From assembly GCA_949285605.1 (NCBI GenBank), contig CASDZI010000001.1, positions 12,202 to 76,201 of the forward strand: a stretch of 64,000 nt of DNA, given 5' to 3'. The notes beneath the pieces are model-generated. The model was not told the DNA's origin. It saw only the letters and a list, made by a program, of their open reading frames with translations, and searched no databases. Within the stretch, counting starts at the first letter, position 1. Each line of letters begins with the position of its first letter. The position numbers and the translations under genes are program-made. Shown piece by piece: positions 46,136 through 55,051 of this stretch. Source of the stretch: an uncultured Christensenella sp. (GTDB lineage: Bacteria > Bacillota > Clostridia > Christensenellales > DTU072).

Positions 46136-46810
46136 TTATTCTCCGCAATCGTTTTCGTCCAGGGACTGGGCGATGGTATAGCGGCAGGCGTGTATGTCGA
46201 GTTTGGCTTCGATCTCCCCGAGGCGTTTGTTGATACGTCCGAATTCTTCCAGAACGGGGTCGGGAAGTTTCTGATCGAGATCGTTGTATTTTTCCCCGTG
46301 CATACGGACCACCCGTCCGGGGACGCCCACCACGGTGGAGTGGGGCGGCACGTCTTTCAGGACCACGCTGCCGGCGCCTATTTTGGAATATTCGCCCACG
46401 GTGACGGGGCCGAGAACCTTCGCTCCGGCGCTTATCATAACGTCGTTTTTGATGGTGGGGTGTCTTTTCCCGACATCTTTCCCGGTACCGCCCAGGGTAA
46501 CGCCCTGGTAAATGGTGACGTTGTCGCCGATCTCGGTAGTCTCTCCGATGACGAGACCCACGCCGTGGTCGATAAAGACCCCTTTGCCGATGACGGCGGC
46601 AGGATGGATCTCTATGCCGGTTTTTTTACGGGCTCGTGCGGAAATCAACCTTGCGAGAAAGGTGTGCTTGCGAAGATAAAGCCAGTGGGCGAGGCGATAC
46701 GCCCTGAGGGCTCGGAAACCGCCGTAAGTAAAATATATCTCCGCTTTGCTTTTGGCGGCGGGATCTCTTTCCAACGCCGCCTGTAAGTCGGATTTGATGT
46801 TTTCGAACAT
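46136..46810 (-). CDS. cysE: serine O-acetyltransferase
   Basis: 224 aa. N-terminal DPAAKS..., hexapeptide repeats ([41 protein letters not shown]). Confidence 0.9.
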   Translation of the reverse strand: MFENIKSDLQAALERDPAAKSKAEIYFTYGGFRALRAYRLAHWLYLRKHTFLARLISARARKKTGIEIHPAAVIGKGVFIDHGVGLVIGETTEIGDNVTIYQGVTLGGTGKDVGKRHPTIKNDVMISAGAKVLGPVTVGEYSKIGAGSVVLKDVPPHSTVVGVPGRVVRMHGEKYNDLDQKLPDPVLEEFGRINKRLGEIEAKLDIHACRYTIAQSLDENDCGE

Positions 46811-46823
46811 AATGTATTTTATT

Positions 46824-46856
46824 CCTTTATAAAGGGAAAACGTGCCGTTTTCCCTC
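46824..46856 (-). terminator. probable terminator of the 46906-48297 gene
   Basis: On the minus strand: GGGAAAACG-GCA-CGTTTTCCC followed by TTTATAAA. Confidence 0.5.
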
Positions 46857-46905
46857 TGAACCGTAAATTCGGATTAGTTGCGACAAGCGGACTTGTCGAT
46901 ACGGG

Positions 46906-48297
46906 TCAAACGAGTTGTTTAAGTTTTTCCTCGTCGGCGTAGAGCGGATCGTTGTAAGCGCTTCTGTTTCGGTTGCCTTTCGGAACGTAGGTGGGACGTT
47001 TCTTGAGTCTGTTACGGAACAGCTTCGGCAAGATCAGCATAACGAGGTTGATGGCGGCGGGGACAAAGAACAGCAGTCCTATTCCCGCGGTGGCCGTAGC
47101 GTCGTTCATGAAGGCTTTGGTACCGCTGAGAGAGGAAAAATACGCCGAGAATGCGCTTCCGAGGTCGGTGCCTTCCACGGTAGCGAGCGCAGGCGAGATC
47201 ATACACAGCAACGAGAAAATCAAACTCAGAATGGTGATGACGTGAAGTCTGCGGGAGGTATATGTAAAGAGGCGTATTATGTTGATGATTATATTTACCA
47301 CGCCGAGCAGGAAAGCGATAATGAGGAACATTATCGTGCCGTAGGTGCCGATATGGCGGATTATTACCGAGCGGTCGAAATTACCGTCGGCGTCCTTCTG
47401 TATAACGAGGGCGTCGCCCTTACTGCCTTCGAGGAAGCACAGATAATAGAAACTGGTCCCCTGGAAATACTCGCTGTCTTCGAGAAAATCGATACGGGTC
47501 TTTTCCAGCATAGGCGTGCGGAACCAGGCTTTGACCACGTCGAAAGGCGAAATATAAACCGCAGTGACGCCTAAATCGCCGTAAAGAGCCAGCGTTTCGG
47601 GGACGTTGCCTGCGGCGTCGGTATATTGTTCGCCCTTGACCAAGGCGACGGCGGCGGGTTTTTTGGCGTTTTCGAGTTCCTCTCTGGAATTGTAAATCTT
47701 AGTACCGGAAGGATAAATTCCGCCCGGCCAGTTCCCGTCGTTTTTGATGACTATATCGAGGGTGTCCTCCCCGAGCTTGAACATAAACAGCGAGTCGAGG
47801 GGCACGCCGGAATCTTCTGCGACGTCTTTGACGGAAGCGGGCAGAAAGGCGCCCATTATGAAAATACCCACGAAAGCTATGCTGAGTATCAGAAGCAGAA
47901 TGGGCAGGACGGGACCGTAAAAGCGTTTTTTGCGGAAAGCGCTTTCGTAATCGAAGTCCATATTGCGATAAGAGCTGTTGTATCTTCTGCCGCCGGCCAT
48001 GGTGGAATATTCCGCCCGTTGCATGGCCTGTTCGGTACGCAGGGCGCTTGCGGCCTGAAGTTCTCCGAAAATGATGTCGCCGTTATACGAACCCGATTCG
48101 ACTTTGCGGAGCATAGTCTTATAGTGACGGCGTTGTTCTTTGAGCCGACTGCGTTCGTAGGGGCTGTCGCTTTCGCGGAGAGCGACGGCGACGTCTTTCA
48201 GTTTTCTTTTAAGTAGCACGCAAAGCGCAGCGTCGTCTTTTTCGTCCCAACGCTGAGCCTTTCTGATATTAGCCTTGTTGTTGACCTTAACTGCCAT
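46906..48297 (-). CDS. multi-pass membrane protein of unknown function
   Basis: 463 aa. Basic cytoplasmic N-terminus, TM, an extracytoplasmic domain of about 180 aa, then 4 C-terminal TM segments. GGAGGG RBS. Confidence 0.65.
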   Translation of the reverse strand: MAVKVNNKANIRKAQRWDEKDDAALCVLLKRKLKDVAVALRESDSPYERSRLKEQRRHYKTMLRKVESGSYNGDIIFGELQAASALRTEQAMQRAEYSTMAGGRRYNSSYRNMDFDYESAFRKKRFYGPVLPILLLILSIAFVGIFIMGAFLPASVKDVAEDSGVPLDSLFMFKLGEDTLDIVIKNDGNWPGGIYPSGTKIYNSREELENAKKPAAVALVKGEQYTDAAGNVPETLALYGDLGVTAVYISPFDVVKAWFRTPMLEKTRIDFLEDSEYFQGTSFYYLCFLEGSKGDALVIQKDADGNFDRSVIIRHIGTYGTIMFLIIAFLLGVVNIIINIIRLFTYTSRRLHVITILSLIFSLLCMISPALATVEGTDLGSAFSAYFSSLSGTKAFMNDATATAGIGLLFFVPAAINLVMLILPKLFRNRLKKRPTYVPKGNRNRSAYNDPLYADEEKLKQLV

Positions 48298-48382
48298 TGT
48301 CCCTCCGTATCCGTCCGCAAGACGGGTATGTAAACGGTTGTTTCTCGATACGATAACAACTATATACTACATAGATATTATT

Positions 48383-48411
48383 ATTATATAGCGAAAGCCG
48401 CTATTTTGCAA
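48383..48411 (-). promoter_or_regulatory. sigma-A promoter (TTGCAA-17-TATAAT)
   Basis: On the minus strand, TTGCAA is at 48411-48406 and TATAAT at 48388-48383. A 5' UTR of about 85 nt precedes the 48297 ATG. Confidence 0.7.
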
Positions 48412-48440
48412 GAGGAAATATATGTTTGAAAATTCCTCGG

Positions 48441-48479
48441 AAAAAAAGAAAAAGAAAACCCGACCGAAAACAGTCGGGA
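48441..48479 (-). terminator. rho-independent terminator of ychF
   Basis: On the minus strand: CCCGAC-TGTTTTCG-GTCGGG followed by TTTTCTTTTTCTTTTTTT. Confidence 0.8.
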
Positions 48480-48520
48480 ATAGGGGTTTTGAGGGACAAA
48501 GAGCGGATTTTTTTATCGAA

Positions 48521-49603
48521 TCACACGTTGAAACGGAACAAAACCACGTCTCCGTCCTTGAAAACGTAATCTTTTCCTTCGCTCCTTACCTTGCCTTTTT
48601 CCTTGGCGGCGTTGTAGGAGCCGCATTCCAGCAAAGTTTCGTAATCCACCACTTCCGCCCGAATAAAGCCTTTTTCGAAATCGGAATGGATCTTGCCCGC
48701 CGCTTGCGGAGCTTTGGTGCCTTCGGGAATGGTCCAGGCACGGGTCTCTTTTTCGCCTGCGGTCAGAAAACTTATAAGCCCCAGAAGTTTGTAGCATTTC
48801 TTGACCAGCTTGTCCAGACCGCTTTCTTCCATTCCCAGGTCTGCCATGAACATAAGCCTTTCCTCTTCGTCGAGTTCGGAAAGCTCCTCTTCCAGCTTGA
48901 CGCACAGAGCCACCGTTTCGCTGCCTTCGGCGGCGGCGTATTCTTCCACTTTCTTCACATAGACGTTGTCTTCCTCTCCCTCTTTTACGTTGGCGCAGTA
49001 AATGACGGGCTTGGAGGTAAGAAGGAAAAGCCCGTCGGCAAAAGCCTTCTCTTCCTTGGTGAGCGGAGCGTTCCTTGCAGGTTTGCCTTCCTGAAGGGCT
49101 GCGTCGATTTTGAGGAGGACGTCGAGTTCTTCCCGATATTTCTTGTCGCCGCTTTTCATAGCGGTTTTTGTTTTATCGATACGGCGACTAAGGGTATCCA
49201 TATCGGCGAATATGAGTTCCAGATTTATGGTTTCTATGTCTCGGACGGGATCCACAGAACCGTCCACGTGAGTGACGTTCTCGTCCTCGAAACACCGTAC
49301 GACGTGGACTATGGCGTCCACCTCTCTTATGTGGGAAAGGAACTTGTTGCCCAGTCCTTCGCCTTTGCTTGCGCCCTTGACGAGACCGGCTATGTCCACG
49401 AATTCAATGGTGGTGTAAACGGTGCTTCTGGAATTGTAGAGAGCGCTCAAGCGGTCTATCCTCTCGTCCTTTACCGTGACCACGCCCACGTTGGGTTCGA
49501 TGGTGCAGAACGGGTAGTTCGCCGCAGGCGCTCCCGCTTTGGTCAATGCGTTGAAAAGTGTGCTTTTGCCTACGTTGGGCAGGCCTACCACGCCTAATTT
49601 CAT
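48521..49603 (-). CDS. ychF: ribosome-binding ATPase YchF
   Basis: I chose the ATG at 49603 after AAGGAG ([21 protein letters not shown]). NxxD-type G4 motif and the TGS-like C-terminus ([22 protein letters not shown]). Confidence 0.92.
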   Translation of the reverse strand: MKLGVVGLPNVGKSTLFNALTKAGAPAANYPFCTIEPNVGVVTVKDERIDRLSALYNSRSTVYTTIEFVDIAGLVKGASKGEGLGNKFLSHIREVDAIVHVVRCFEDENVTHVDGSVDPVRDIETINLELIFADMDTLSRRIDKTKTAMKSGDKKYREELDVLLKIDAALQEGKPARNAPLTKEEKAFADGLFLLTSKPVIYCANVKEGEEDNVYVKKVEEYAAAEGSETVALCVKLEEELSELDEEERLMFMADLGMEESGLDKLVKKCYKLLGLISFLTAGEKETRAWTIPEGTKAPQAAGKIHSDFEKGFIRAEVVDYETLLECGSYNAAKEKGKVRSEGKDYVFKDGDVVLFRFNV

Positions 49604-49672
49604 TTTTTTCTCCTTGCTCAAAGATTGCATAAATTATACACCGAAAACATATCGTTGTAAAGGGTTGAGACT

Positions 49673-50422
49673 ATGACCGGATATGCGGAAGGATTTATTC
49701 TCGGATTATTGCAAGGGTTTACGGAATTTCTGCCGGTGTCCTCCAGCGGACATCTCGTGCTGGCGGAAAATCTCGGATTGGGGGAGGAAAACCTCTTCTT
49801 CAATCTCGCATTGCACCTCGCCACTCTCCTTGCCGTCTGCGTGGCTTTCCGCAAAAAGATATTTTCGTTGCTGAGACACCCTTTGCAGGCGGACAATTTA
49901 TTTATATTGATTGCGAGCGTGCCTACGGCTTTGGCGGCGGCGGCGATAAGGTACGTTTTCCCTTCCCTAAGCGAATGGCTTCCGCTGTGCTTCGCCGTGA
50001 CGGGAACGGTACTGCTTTTACCCGAAATAATACGACCGCTTCCTTACCCCAAAGACGTCAAAGGTCTGGTTTTACGGGCGGCATTCTGCGGTATGTGTCA
50101 GGGCGTAGCGTGCATAAACGGAATCTCCAGAAGCGGAACGACGGTCAGCGCAATGCGGTTGGCAGGATTCGGGAAAGAGGAAAGCGCCGAAAAGTCCTTT
50201 CTGCTGTCCATACCCGTTATCGTCGGCGGTTCGGCGGTGGAACTTTTGACCGGAGGGGCGGCGAGCGTACGGTTAGGACCGCTTATAGTCGGGGCGGCGA
50301 CGGCTTTCGTCGTAGGATTATGCTCGGTATTTTTGTTTATTAAAATTCTGAAAAAAGGCAAATTATGGATATTTTCCGTATATGCGTTTTTAATGGCAAT
50401 AGTCTCTTTTTTAATGCTGTAA
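49673..50422 (+). CDS. uppP: undecaprenyl-diphosphate phosphatase
   Basis: 249 aa. GLLQGFTEFLPVSSSGHLVL and GISRSGTT motifs. Confidence 0.9.
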   Translation: MTGYAEGFILGLLQGFTEFLPVSSSGHLVLAENLGLGEENLFFNLALHLATLLAVCVAFRKKIFSLLRHPLQADNLFILIASVPTALAAAAIRYVFPSLSEWLPLCFAVTGTVLLLPEIIRPLPYPKDVKGLVLRAAFCGMCQGVACINGISRSGTTVSAMRLAGFGKEESAEKSFLLSIPVIVGGSAVELLTGGAASVRLGPLIVGAATAFVVGLCSVFLFIKILKKGKLWIFSVYAFLMAIVSFLML

Positions 50423-50569
50423 AAAAGCGGGGTAGCAACCGATGTAAAAGAGGAGCCGAGGCAGAAACACTTGAAAGAAGGCAAAACACGACAAGGTGAA
50501 AGAAGGGAGAGCGGAGGAACCTCTCCGAGGAAATCGGGCGTAAAGCGGGAAAATGTGAAAAAGTCGAAG

Positions 50570-50578
50570 TTATCCACA
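50570..50578 (+). promoter_or_regulatory. perfect DnaA box TTATCCACA
   Basis: Exact 9-mer consensus on the + strand. Confidence 0.8.
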
Positions 50579-50672
50579 TTTTGCGGTTGAAAGCGAACGG
50601 GGAGACCGGAAAAATAAGTATAAAAATTGAAATAAAGGCAGAAATATCGACAAAAACAAACGCATTTTATAG

Positions 50673-50681
50673 TGTGGATAA
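50673..50681 (-). promoter_or_regulatory. perfect DnaA box (TGTGGATAA on the + strand)
   Basis: Exact reverse complement of TTATCCACA. Confidence 0.8.
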
Positions 50682-50684
50682 CTT

Positions 50685-50693
50685 TGTGGATAA
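50685..50693 (-). promoter_or_regulatory. perfect DnaA box (TGTGGATAA on the + strand)
   Basis: Exact reverse complement of TTATCCACA, 3 nt after the previous box. Confidence 0.8.
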
Positions 50694-50852
50694 CTCCTGT
50701 GAAAAAGGCGTTATTTGTCGAAAGTCAAAAATAAAGGCGAGTTAAGGGAACCTAAAGGGAACCCGAAGGAAAAAACGGGTTACCCGAAAAAGGGGTACGA
50801 TCGGGATAAAAAAGAAAAAAATCAGAAAAGGTTGCGGCGACAGGAGGGTCTT

Positions 50853-51647
50853 ATGGAAGAGGAAAAGGATATAGTGTTAAATGAGCATAAATGCGGAAAA
50901 ATGCGATTTTTCGTTTGCAAGAAAAAAACGCTTATTGCGATAATTTTATGTATAGCGGTATGCGCCGTGTGCGTCGGGGGCGGGATAGGAATAGCCGCCG
51001 CCGCTTCGGGCAAGCCTGCGGCGAGGCCGTTGATAGTCGTCGACCCGGGACACGGGGGGATAGATTACGGCGTGACGGGGAAAGAGGGCACTAAGGAGAG
51101 CGAATTCAATTTGGAAATGAGTTTTGTGCTTAAGGAGCTGTTTGAGAGCGCCGGGTTCGGCGTGGTGATGACGAGGACGGACGAGAACGGACTTTACGGC
51201 GACGCCGACGACAATTTCAAAAGGGCGGATATGGCGGCGCGGAAGAAGATAATACAGGACAGCGCGCCCGATCTGGTGATAAGCGTCCACGCCAATAAAT
51301 TCCCCGGCGAGGACAGGAGGGGGGCGCAGGTGTTTTACGACGGTTTCAACGAAAACGGGAAAAGGCTTGCCGATTTCATACAGTCGGGACTAAATACGCT
51401 CAATTCCCAAAACGTGGGCAAGACCTATGCCGCGCTGAAGGGGGATTATTTCATATTGAAGTGCTCGCTGTGTCCGTCGGTCATCGTGGAATGCGGATTT
51501 CTTTCCAACTCCGAGGACGAGAAACTGCTTAACGACGCCGAATATCGCAAGAAACTGGCTTTTGCCGTTTACAGCGGAGCGGTGGGTTATCTTACCGAAA
51601 GCGAGGCGTTTTCGTTGGGAGAAGAGGTGACGGGATACGATTGTTGA
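50853..51647 (+). CDS. N-acetylmuramoyl-L-alanine amidase (Amidase_3, CwlD-like)
   Basis: I chose the ATG at 50853, 4 nt after AGGAGGG. TM/signal LIAIILCIAVCAVCVGG; VVDPGHGGIDYGV, SVHAN, ECGFLSN. Confidence 0.85.
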   Translation: MEEEKDIVLNEHKCGKMRFFVCKKKTLIAIILCIAVCAVCVGGGIGIAAAASGKPAARPLIVVDPGHGGIDYGVTGKEGTKESEFNLEMSFVLKELFESAGFGVVMTRTDENGLYGDADDNFKRADMAARKKIIQDSAPDLVISVHANKFPGEDRRGAQVFYDGFNENGKRLADFIQSGLNTLNSQNVGKTYAALKGDYFILKCSLCPSVIVECGFLSNSEDEKLLNDAEYRKKLAFAVYSGAVGYLTESEAFSLGEEVTGYDC

Positions 51648-51716
51648 CAGTTTTTCCGCTCTTGAATATAATATAAAAGTCAGGTCAGACTTCATATATC
51701 GGGGGGGGAATACCTT

Positions 51717-52592
51717 TTGTCCAAGTGCAAACTTATTGTCAACAAGCTCAGCGGCAACGCCGACAAGGTGGCGGATCTGTCGGAAGTGGAGCAGCTTCTT
51801 CGGGATAAATACGAAGAGGTGGATAAGATATACATCGATCCCGACAACGACGTCAAAATGAAAGACGAGATAGTCGGTTACGACGCCCTGGCGGTCTGCG
51901 GCGGCGACGGTACCCTCAACTCTGCCGTGAACGCAATACAGGGGACGGGGCTGGAACTGGTTTACGTCCCGTGCGGCACTCTGAACGATACGGCGAAGAG
52001 TCTGCGGCTTGCCAAGGAGCTTTCGGATACCGACAGGAGGATACGTCGGGTGGATATGGGGCAGATAGGCGACACCATGTTCGCCTACGTTCTTGCGGGC
52101 GGTACCTTTACCGAAATAGGATATCGCACCAAGATCGGGCATAAGAAAAAATTCAAGCTTCTGGCGTATCTGGCGATGGTGCTCAAGACGTACAAGATAC
52201 ACCGCATCAAAGCCAAAATAACCATCGACGGCGAAACCAGGGAGGGCGAATACACTCTCATTATGGCGATCAAAAGCGCAAGGTGTTTCGGGTTCCGATT
52301 CAACAAGCGTTTCGTCCATAACGACGGGAAAGGACAGCTTTTGCTCATAAAAAGCCCCAGATTTAACGGTATTTTGGGCAAAATAGCCATATTTTTCCCG
52401 TTTTTCAGGGCGTTTTTTTTGGGACTAAGGAAACCGATAAACGGCAGGAGCATTTATTTCGACGATTTCGGGAAAGCCACGCTGGAGCTGGAACGGGAGA
52501 CCGATTTTACCGTTGACGGAGAAAAAATAGTGCTTTCGGGCAAAAAAGAACTCAAAATATTGAAACAGAAACTGAACCTGGTGGTGTATTGA
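51717..52592 (+). CDS. diacylglycerol kinase-family lipid kinase
   Basis: 291 aa. TTG start after a G-rich SD. Catalytic motif VCGGDGTLNSAVN, then YVPCGTLND. Confidence 0.8.
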   Translation: MSKCKLIVNKLSGNADKVADLSEVEQLLRDKYEEVDKIYIDPDNDVKMKDEIVGYDALAVCGGDGTLNSAVNAIQGTGLELVYVPCGTLNDTAKSLRLAKELSDTDRRIRRVDMGQIGDTMFAYVLAGGTFTEIGYRTKIGHKKKFKLLAYLAMVLKTYKIHRIKAKITIDGETREGEYTLIMAIKSARCFGFRFNKRFVHNDGKGQLLLIKSPRFNGILGKIAIFFPFFRAFFLGLRKPINGRSIYFDDFGKATLELERETDFTVDGEKIVLSGKKELKILKQKLNLVVY

Positions 52593-52691
52593 CGTTCCGT
52601 CGGAGATAACGTCCTTTTACGGAAATATATCGAGGAAATATTATCGTTTTTCAAAAAAATATAATAATTATATATTCCGTTAAAAAAATAC

Positions 52692-52720
52692 TTTACAAAA
52701 TATTTTCTTTCCTGTATAAT
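52692..52720 (+). promoter_or_regulatory. sigma-A promoter (TTTACA-17-TATAAT) of rpsF-ssb-rpsR
   Basis: TTTACA at 52692-52697 and TATAAT at 52715-52720. Confidence 0.75.
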
Positions 52721-52759
52721 AATATCGAAATTCGTAAATTTAATTTACAATTCGTCCTT

Positions 52760-52780
52760 GCTGCTCCTTTGCGGAGCAGC
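52760..52780 (+). promoter_or_regulatory. 5' UTR stem-loop upstream of rpsF (candidate S6:S18 autoregulatory leader)
   Basis: GCTGCTCC-TTTGC-GGAGCAGC hairpin 28 nt before the rpsF ATG. The functional assignment is by analogy only. Confidence 0.3.
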
Positions 52781-52808
52781 CATTTTAGACCATAAGGAGG
52801 TAAGAAGA

Positions 52809-53090
52809 ATGAACAAATACCAGTTATTGTACATCATCGATAACGGTATCGGCGACGAGGAGAAACAGACTCTCGTAGACAAGTTCTCCGCTCTCGTCGA
52901 GACATTGGGCGGCACGGTAGACGCCGTTGATAAGTGGGGTACCCGCAAGTACGCTTATCCTATCAACTATAAGAAAGAAGGCTACTATGTGCTTATGAAA
53001 TTCACGTCCGATGCCGCGGCGCCCGCCGAAATAGACCGTCAGATGAGAATCAACGACGCCATCGTTCGTCAGATGATAACCAGGATCTAA
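52809..53090 (+). CDS. rpsF: 30S ribosomal protein S6
   Basis: I chose the ATG at 52809 after AAGGAGG. MNKYQLLYIIDNG...KWGTRKYAYPINYKKEGYYVL. Confidence 0.92.
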   Translation: MNKYQLLYIIDNGIGDEEKQTLVDKFSALVETLGGTVDAVDKWGTRKYAYPINYKKEGYYVLMKFTSDAAAPAEIDRQMRINDAIVRQMITRI

Positions 53091-53117
53091 CGTAAAGCAC
53101 AAAAAGAGGGAGGCAAT

Positions 53118-53534
53118 ATGAACAGAGTATTTCTTATAGGGAATCTTACCAAGGACCCCGAAGTAACCACCACCACCAACGACGTGGTAAACTGCAAGTT
53201 CTCGGTGGCGGTGACCCGTCGCTACAACAGCGCCGGCGGCGGCAAGGACACCGATTTCTTCACCATAGTCTGCTGGAGAGGTCTTGCCGAAAACTGCGGA
53301 AAATATCTCCGCAAGGGCAGTAAAGTCGGTATCTGCGGTTCCATTCAGAATAAGAATTACGAGACCAGCGACGGCGTAAAGAGGTATTCCACCGAAATAG
53401 TCGCCGACGAGGTACAGTTCTTAAGCTCCCGTAACGAAACCGAGGAAGTCAACGAACTCCCCGAAGTTTCCGTTTCCAAATCGACCAAAAACGTCGAGCT
53501 CAAGCCGATAGAGGACGAGGATTTACCGTTCTGA
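53118..53534 (+). CDS. ssb: single-stranded DNA-binding protein
   Basis: MNRVFLIGNLTKDPE..., OB fold and acidic tail ending DEDLPF. Confidence 0.92.
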   Translation: MNRVFLIGNLTKDPEVTTTTNDVVNCKFSVAVTRRYNSAGGGKDTDFFTIVCWRGLAENCGKYLRKGSKVGICGSIQNKNYETSDGVKRYSTEIVADEVQFLSSRNETEEVNELPEVSVSKSTKNVELKPIEDEDLPF

Positions 53535-53583
53535 CGGCACCAAAACGAAATTCAGAGGCGGCTATTAGCCGTACGGAGGTATT

Positions 53584-53877
53584 ATGATCAAAGACAATAA
53601 AAGTGCGGGTTACAGACGTGCCCCCAAAAGAAAGGTTTGTCCTTTCTGCGCAGGTAAAATCGACGACATCGATTATATCGCTTTAGTGAAAGACATCGAA
53701 AAGAACAACGATAAAAGTTTCGACCGCAACGGAGAACGTCGTCCCCGTTTCGTAGCGGAAAACGGCAAAATCATTCCCCGTCGCACCTCGGGCGTATGCG
53801 TGAAGCACCAGAGACTTCTCGCCCAGGCAGTGAAACGCGCCAGGATAATGGCTCTGCTTCCTTTCAAGGGAGAGTAA
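53584..53877 (+). CDS. rpsR: 30S ribosomal protein S18 (with an internal insertion)
   Basis: 97 aa. [17 protein letters not shown] ... [40 protein letters not shown]. About 17 extra residues lie between the two conserved blocks. Confidence 0.88.
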   Translation: MIKDNKSAGYRRAPKRKVCPFCAGKIDDIDYIALVKDIEKNNDKSFDRNGERRPRFVAENGKIIPRRTSGVCVKHQRLLAQAVKRARIMALLPFKGE

Positions 53878-53895
53878 GAAATCAACCGTACGGAA

Positions 53896-53925
53896 CCGCC
53901 GTCCTCAGGGACGGCGATTTTTTTA
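53896..53925 (+). terminator. rho-independent terminator
   Basis: CGCCGTCC-TCAG-GGACGGCG followed by ATTTTTTT. Confidence 0.9.
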
Positions 53926-54012
53926 AGTGAAGCTCTTGTAAAGTGCGATAAAGGTATCCTGATGTCCGAATACGGGCACCCTGTATAGGGATAACAATGC
54001 GAGGAGGAAAAG

Positions 54013-54996
54013 ATGAACAAAGCGTTGATAGAGTTTTTCTGTCGTATCACGGGCAGGCTGGACGCCCGCAGAAGCGCAAGGCAGAAGCCGATAGAAGGCG
54101 CCGAGGAACACAAGGATATTTTCTATACCGAAGAGAAAGATCTTGCCCGCGCTCTGGACGTTTACCGTCCGCCGACGGAAGAGGTTTTGCCGGTTGTCGT
54201 GGATTTTCACGGAGGGGCGTGGGTCTACGGGGACAAGAGTCTCAACGAAAGATACTGTAAGACCGTCGCAAAAAAAGGTTTCGTTACCGTCAACGCAAAC
54301 TACCGTCTGATAAAGGAGGGCTGCGGAGGGGGATTCCCCGAAACGCTGAAAGACATTTACGACGTGTTTGCCTGGGTAGCGGACAACATCGCCGATTACG
54401 GCGGCGACAAGGAAAGAGTTTTTCTTACCGGAGACAGCGCAGGGGCGCATCTCGTGTGTCTTGCCGCCCTTCTCAAGAACCGTTCTTTACATCCGACTCT
54501 TCCGCAGGACGAAAAAAATCCCGTATTCTCCTCCGAACTCGATTTTTCCGCCATTGCGCTTACCTGCGGCGTGAGCGATCTGGAATTTTTCCGCAAAAGA
54601 AAATTGCCGATAATAAATTATATGTTCGGACTTTTTCTGGGTAAAGAGGGGAAGAAGAGTCCTTTTGCCGAATATCTTTCCCTGCAAAACCATCCGTTGG
54701 AAAATCTTCCTCCGGTGTTTTTAAGCACATCGGACAAGGATTTTTTACGTTACGACGTGAAAAAGTTTGCAAAACTTCTCTCGGAAAAAACGGAAACCGA
54801 ACTTTTTTACGGCGAAAAGGGAGTTTCGGGAAAGCTTACGCACGTCTATAACGTGCTTTATCCGGAATGGAAGGAGTCGGAAGAGGTCATCGACGCCATG
54901 ATAAGATTTTTCCGTAAGCACGACAAGAAAGGCGCTTCTTCGCACCCTTCCCCTTCGGAAAAAGAGGAAAGAACGCAAACCGACGGAGATAATTGA
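54013..54996 (+). CDS. alpha/beta hydrolase (HSL-type esterase)
   Basis: 327 aa. DFHGGAWVYGD oxyanion motif and GDSAGAHL nucleophile elbow. Confidence 0.8.
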   Translation: MNKALIEFFCRITGRLDARRSARQKPIEGAEEHKDIFYTEEKDLARALDVYRPPTEEVLPVVVDFHGGAWVYGDKSLNERYCKTVAKKGFVTVNANYRLIKEGCGGGFPETLKDIYDVFAWVADNIADYGGDKERVFLTGDSAGAHLVCLAALLKNRSLHPTLPQDEKNPVFSSELDFSAIALTCGVSDLEFFRKRKLPIINYMFGLFLGKEGKKSPFAEYLSLQNHPLENLPPVFLSTSDKDFLRYDVKKFAKLLSEKTETELFYGEKGVSGKLTHVYNVLYPEWKESEEVIDAMIRFFRKHDKKGASSHPSPSEKEERTQTDGDN

Positions 54997-55051
54997 CAAG
55001 CGGAATTGATTAAGATATAATATTTTTACTTATATAAATAAAGAGGTCTCG

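Noticed and set aside
46811-46905. An expected T-box leader upstream of cysE-cysS, as in Bacillus
   Set aside because: The intergenic space is only 95 nt and is mostly occupied by the upstream gene's terminator hairpin. I see no specifier loop or T-box consensus (AGGGTGGTACCGCG-like). A covariance-model scan would settle this.
50440-50560. A purine-rich tract with a GGAGAG...CTCTCC hairpin that might be a small ncRNA
   Set aside because: It has no promoter or terminator pair and no resemblance I can recognise to 6S, SRP, tmRNA or RNase P RNAs. It is more economically treated as part of the DnaA-box/origin-like intergenic region. RNA-seq would be needed to revisit this.
50715-50852. A TTG-initiated, Lys-rich 46-residue N-terminal extension of the amidase ORF
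   Set aside because: A strong AGGAGGG RBS sits 4 nt before the ATG at 50853. The extension is purine-rich low-complexity sequence that begins just downstream of the DnaA-box region, and Amidase_3 proteins normally begin close to their signal or TM segment.
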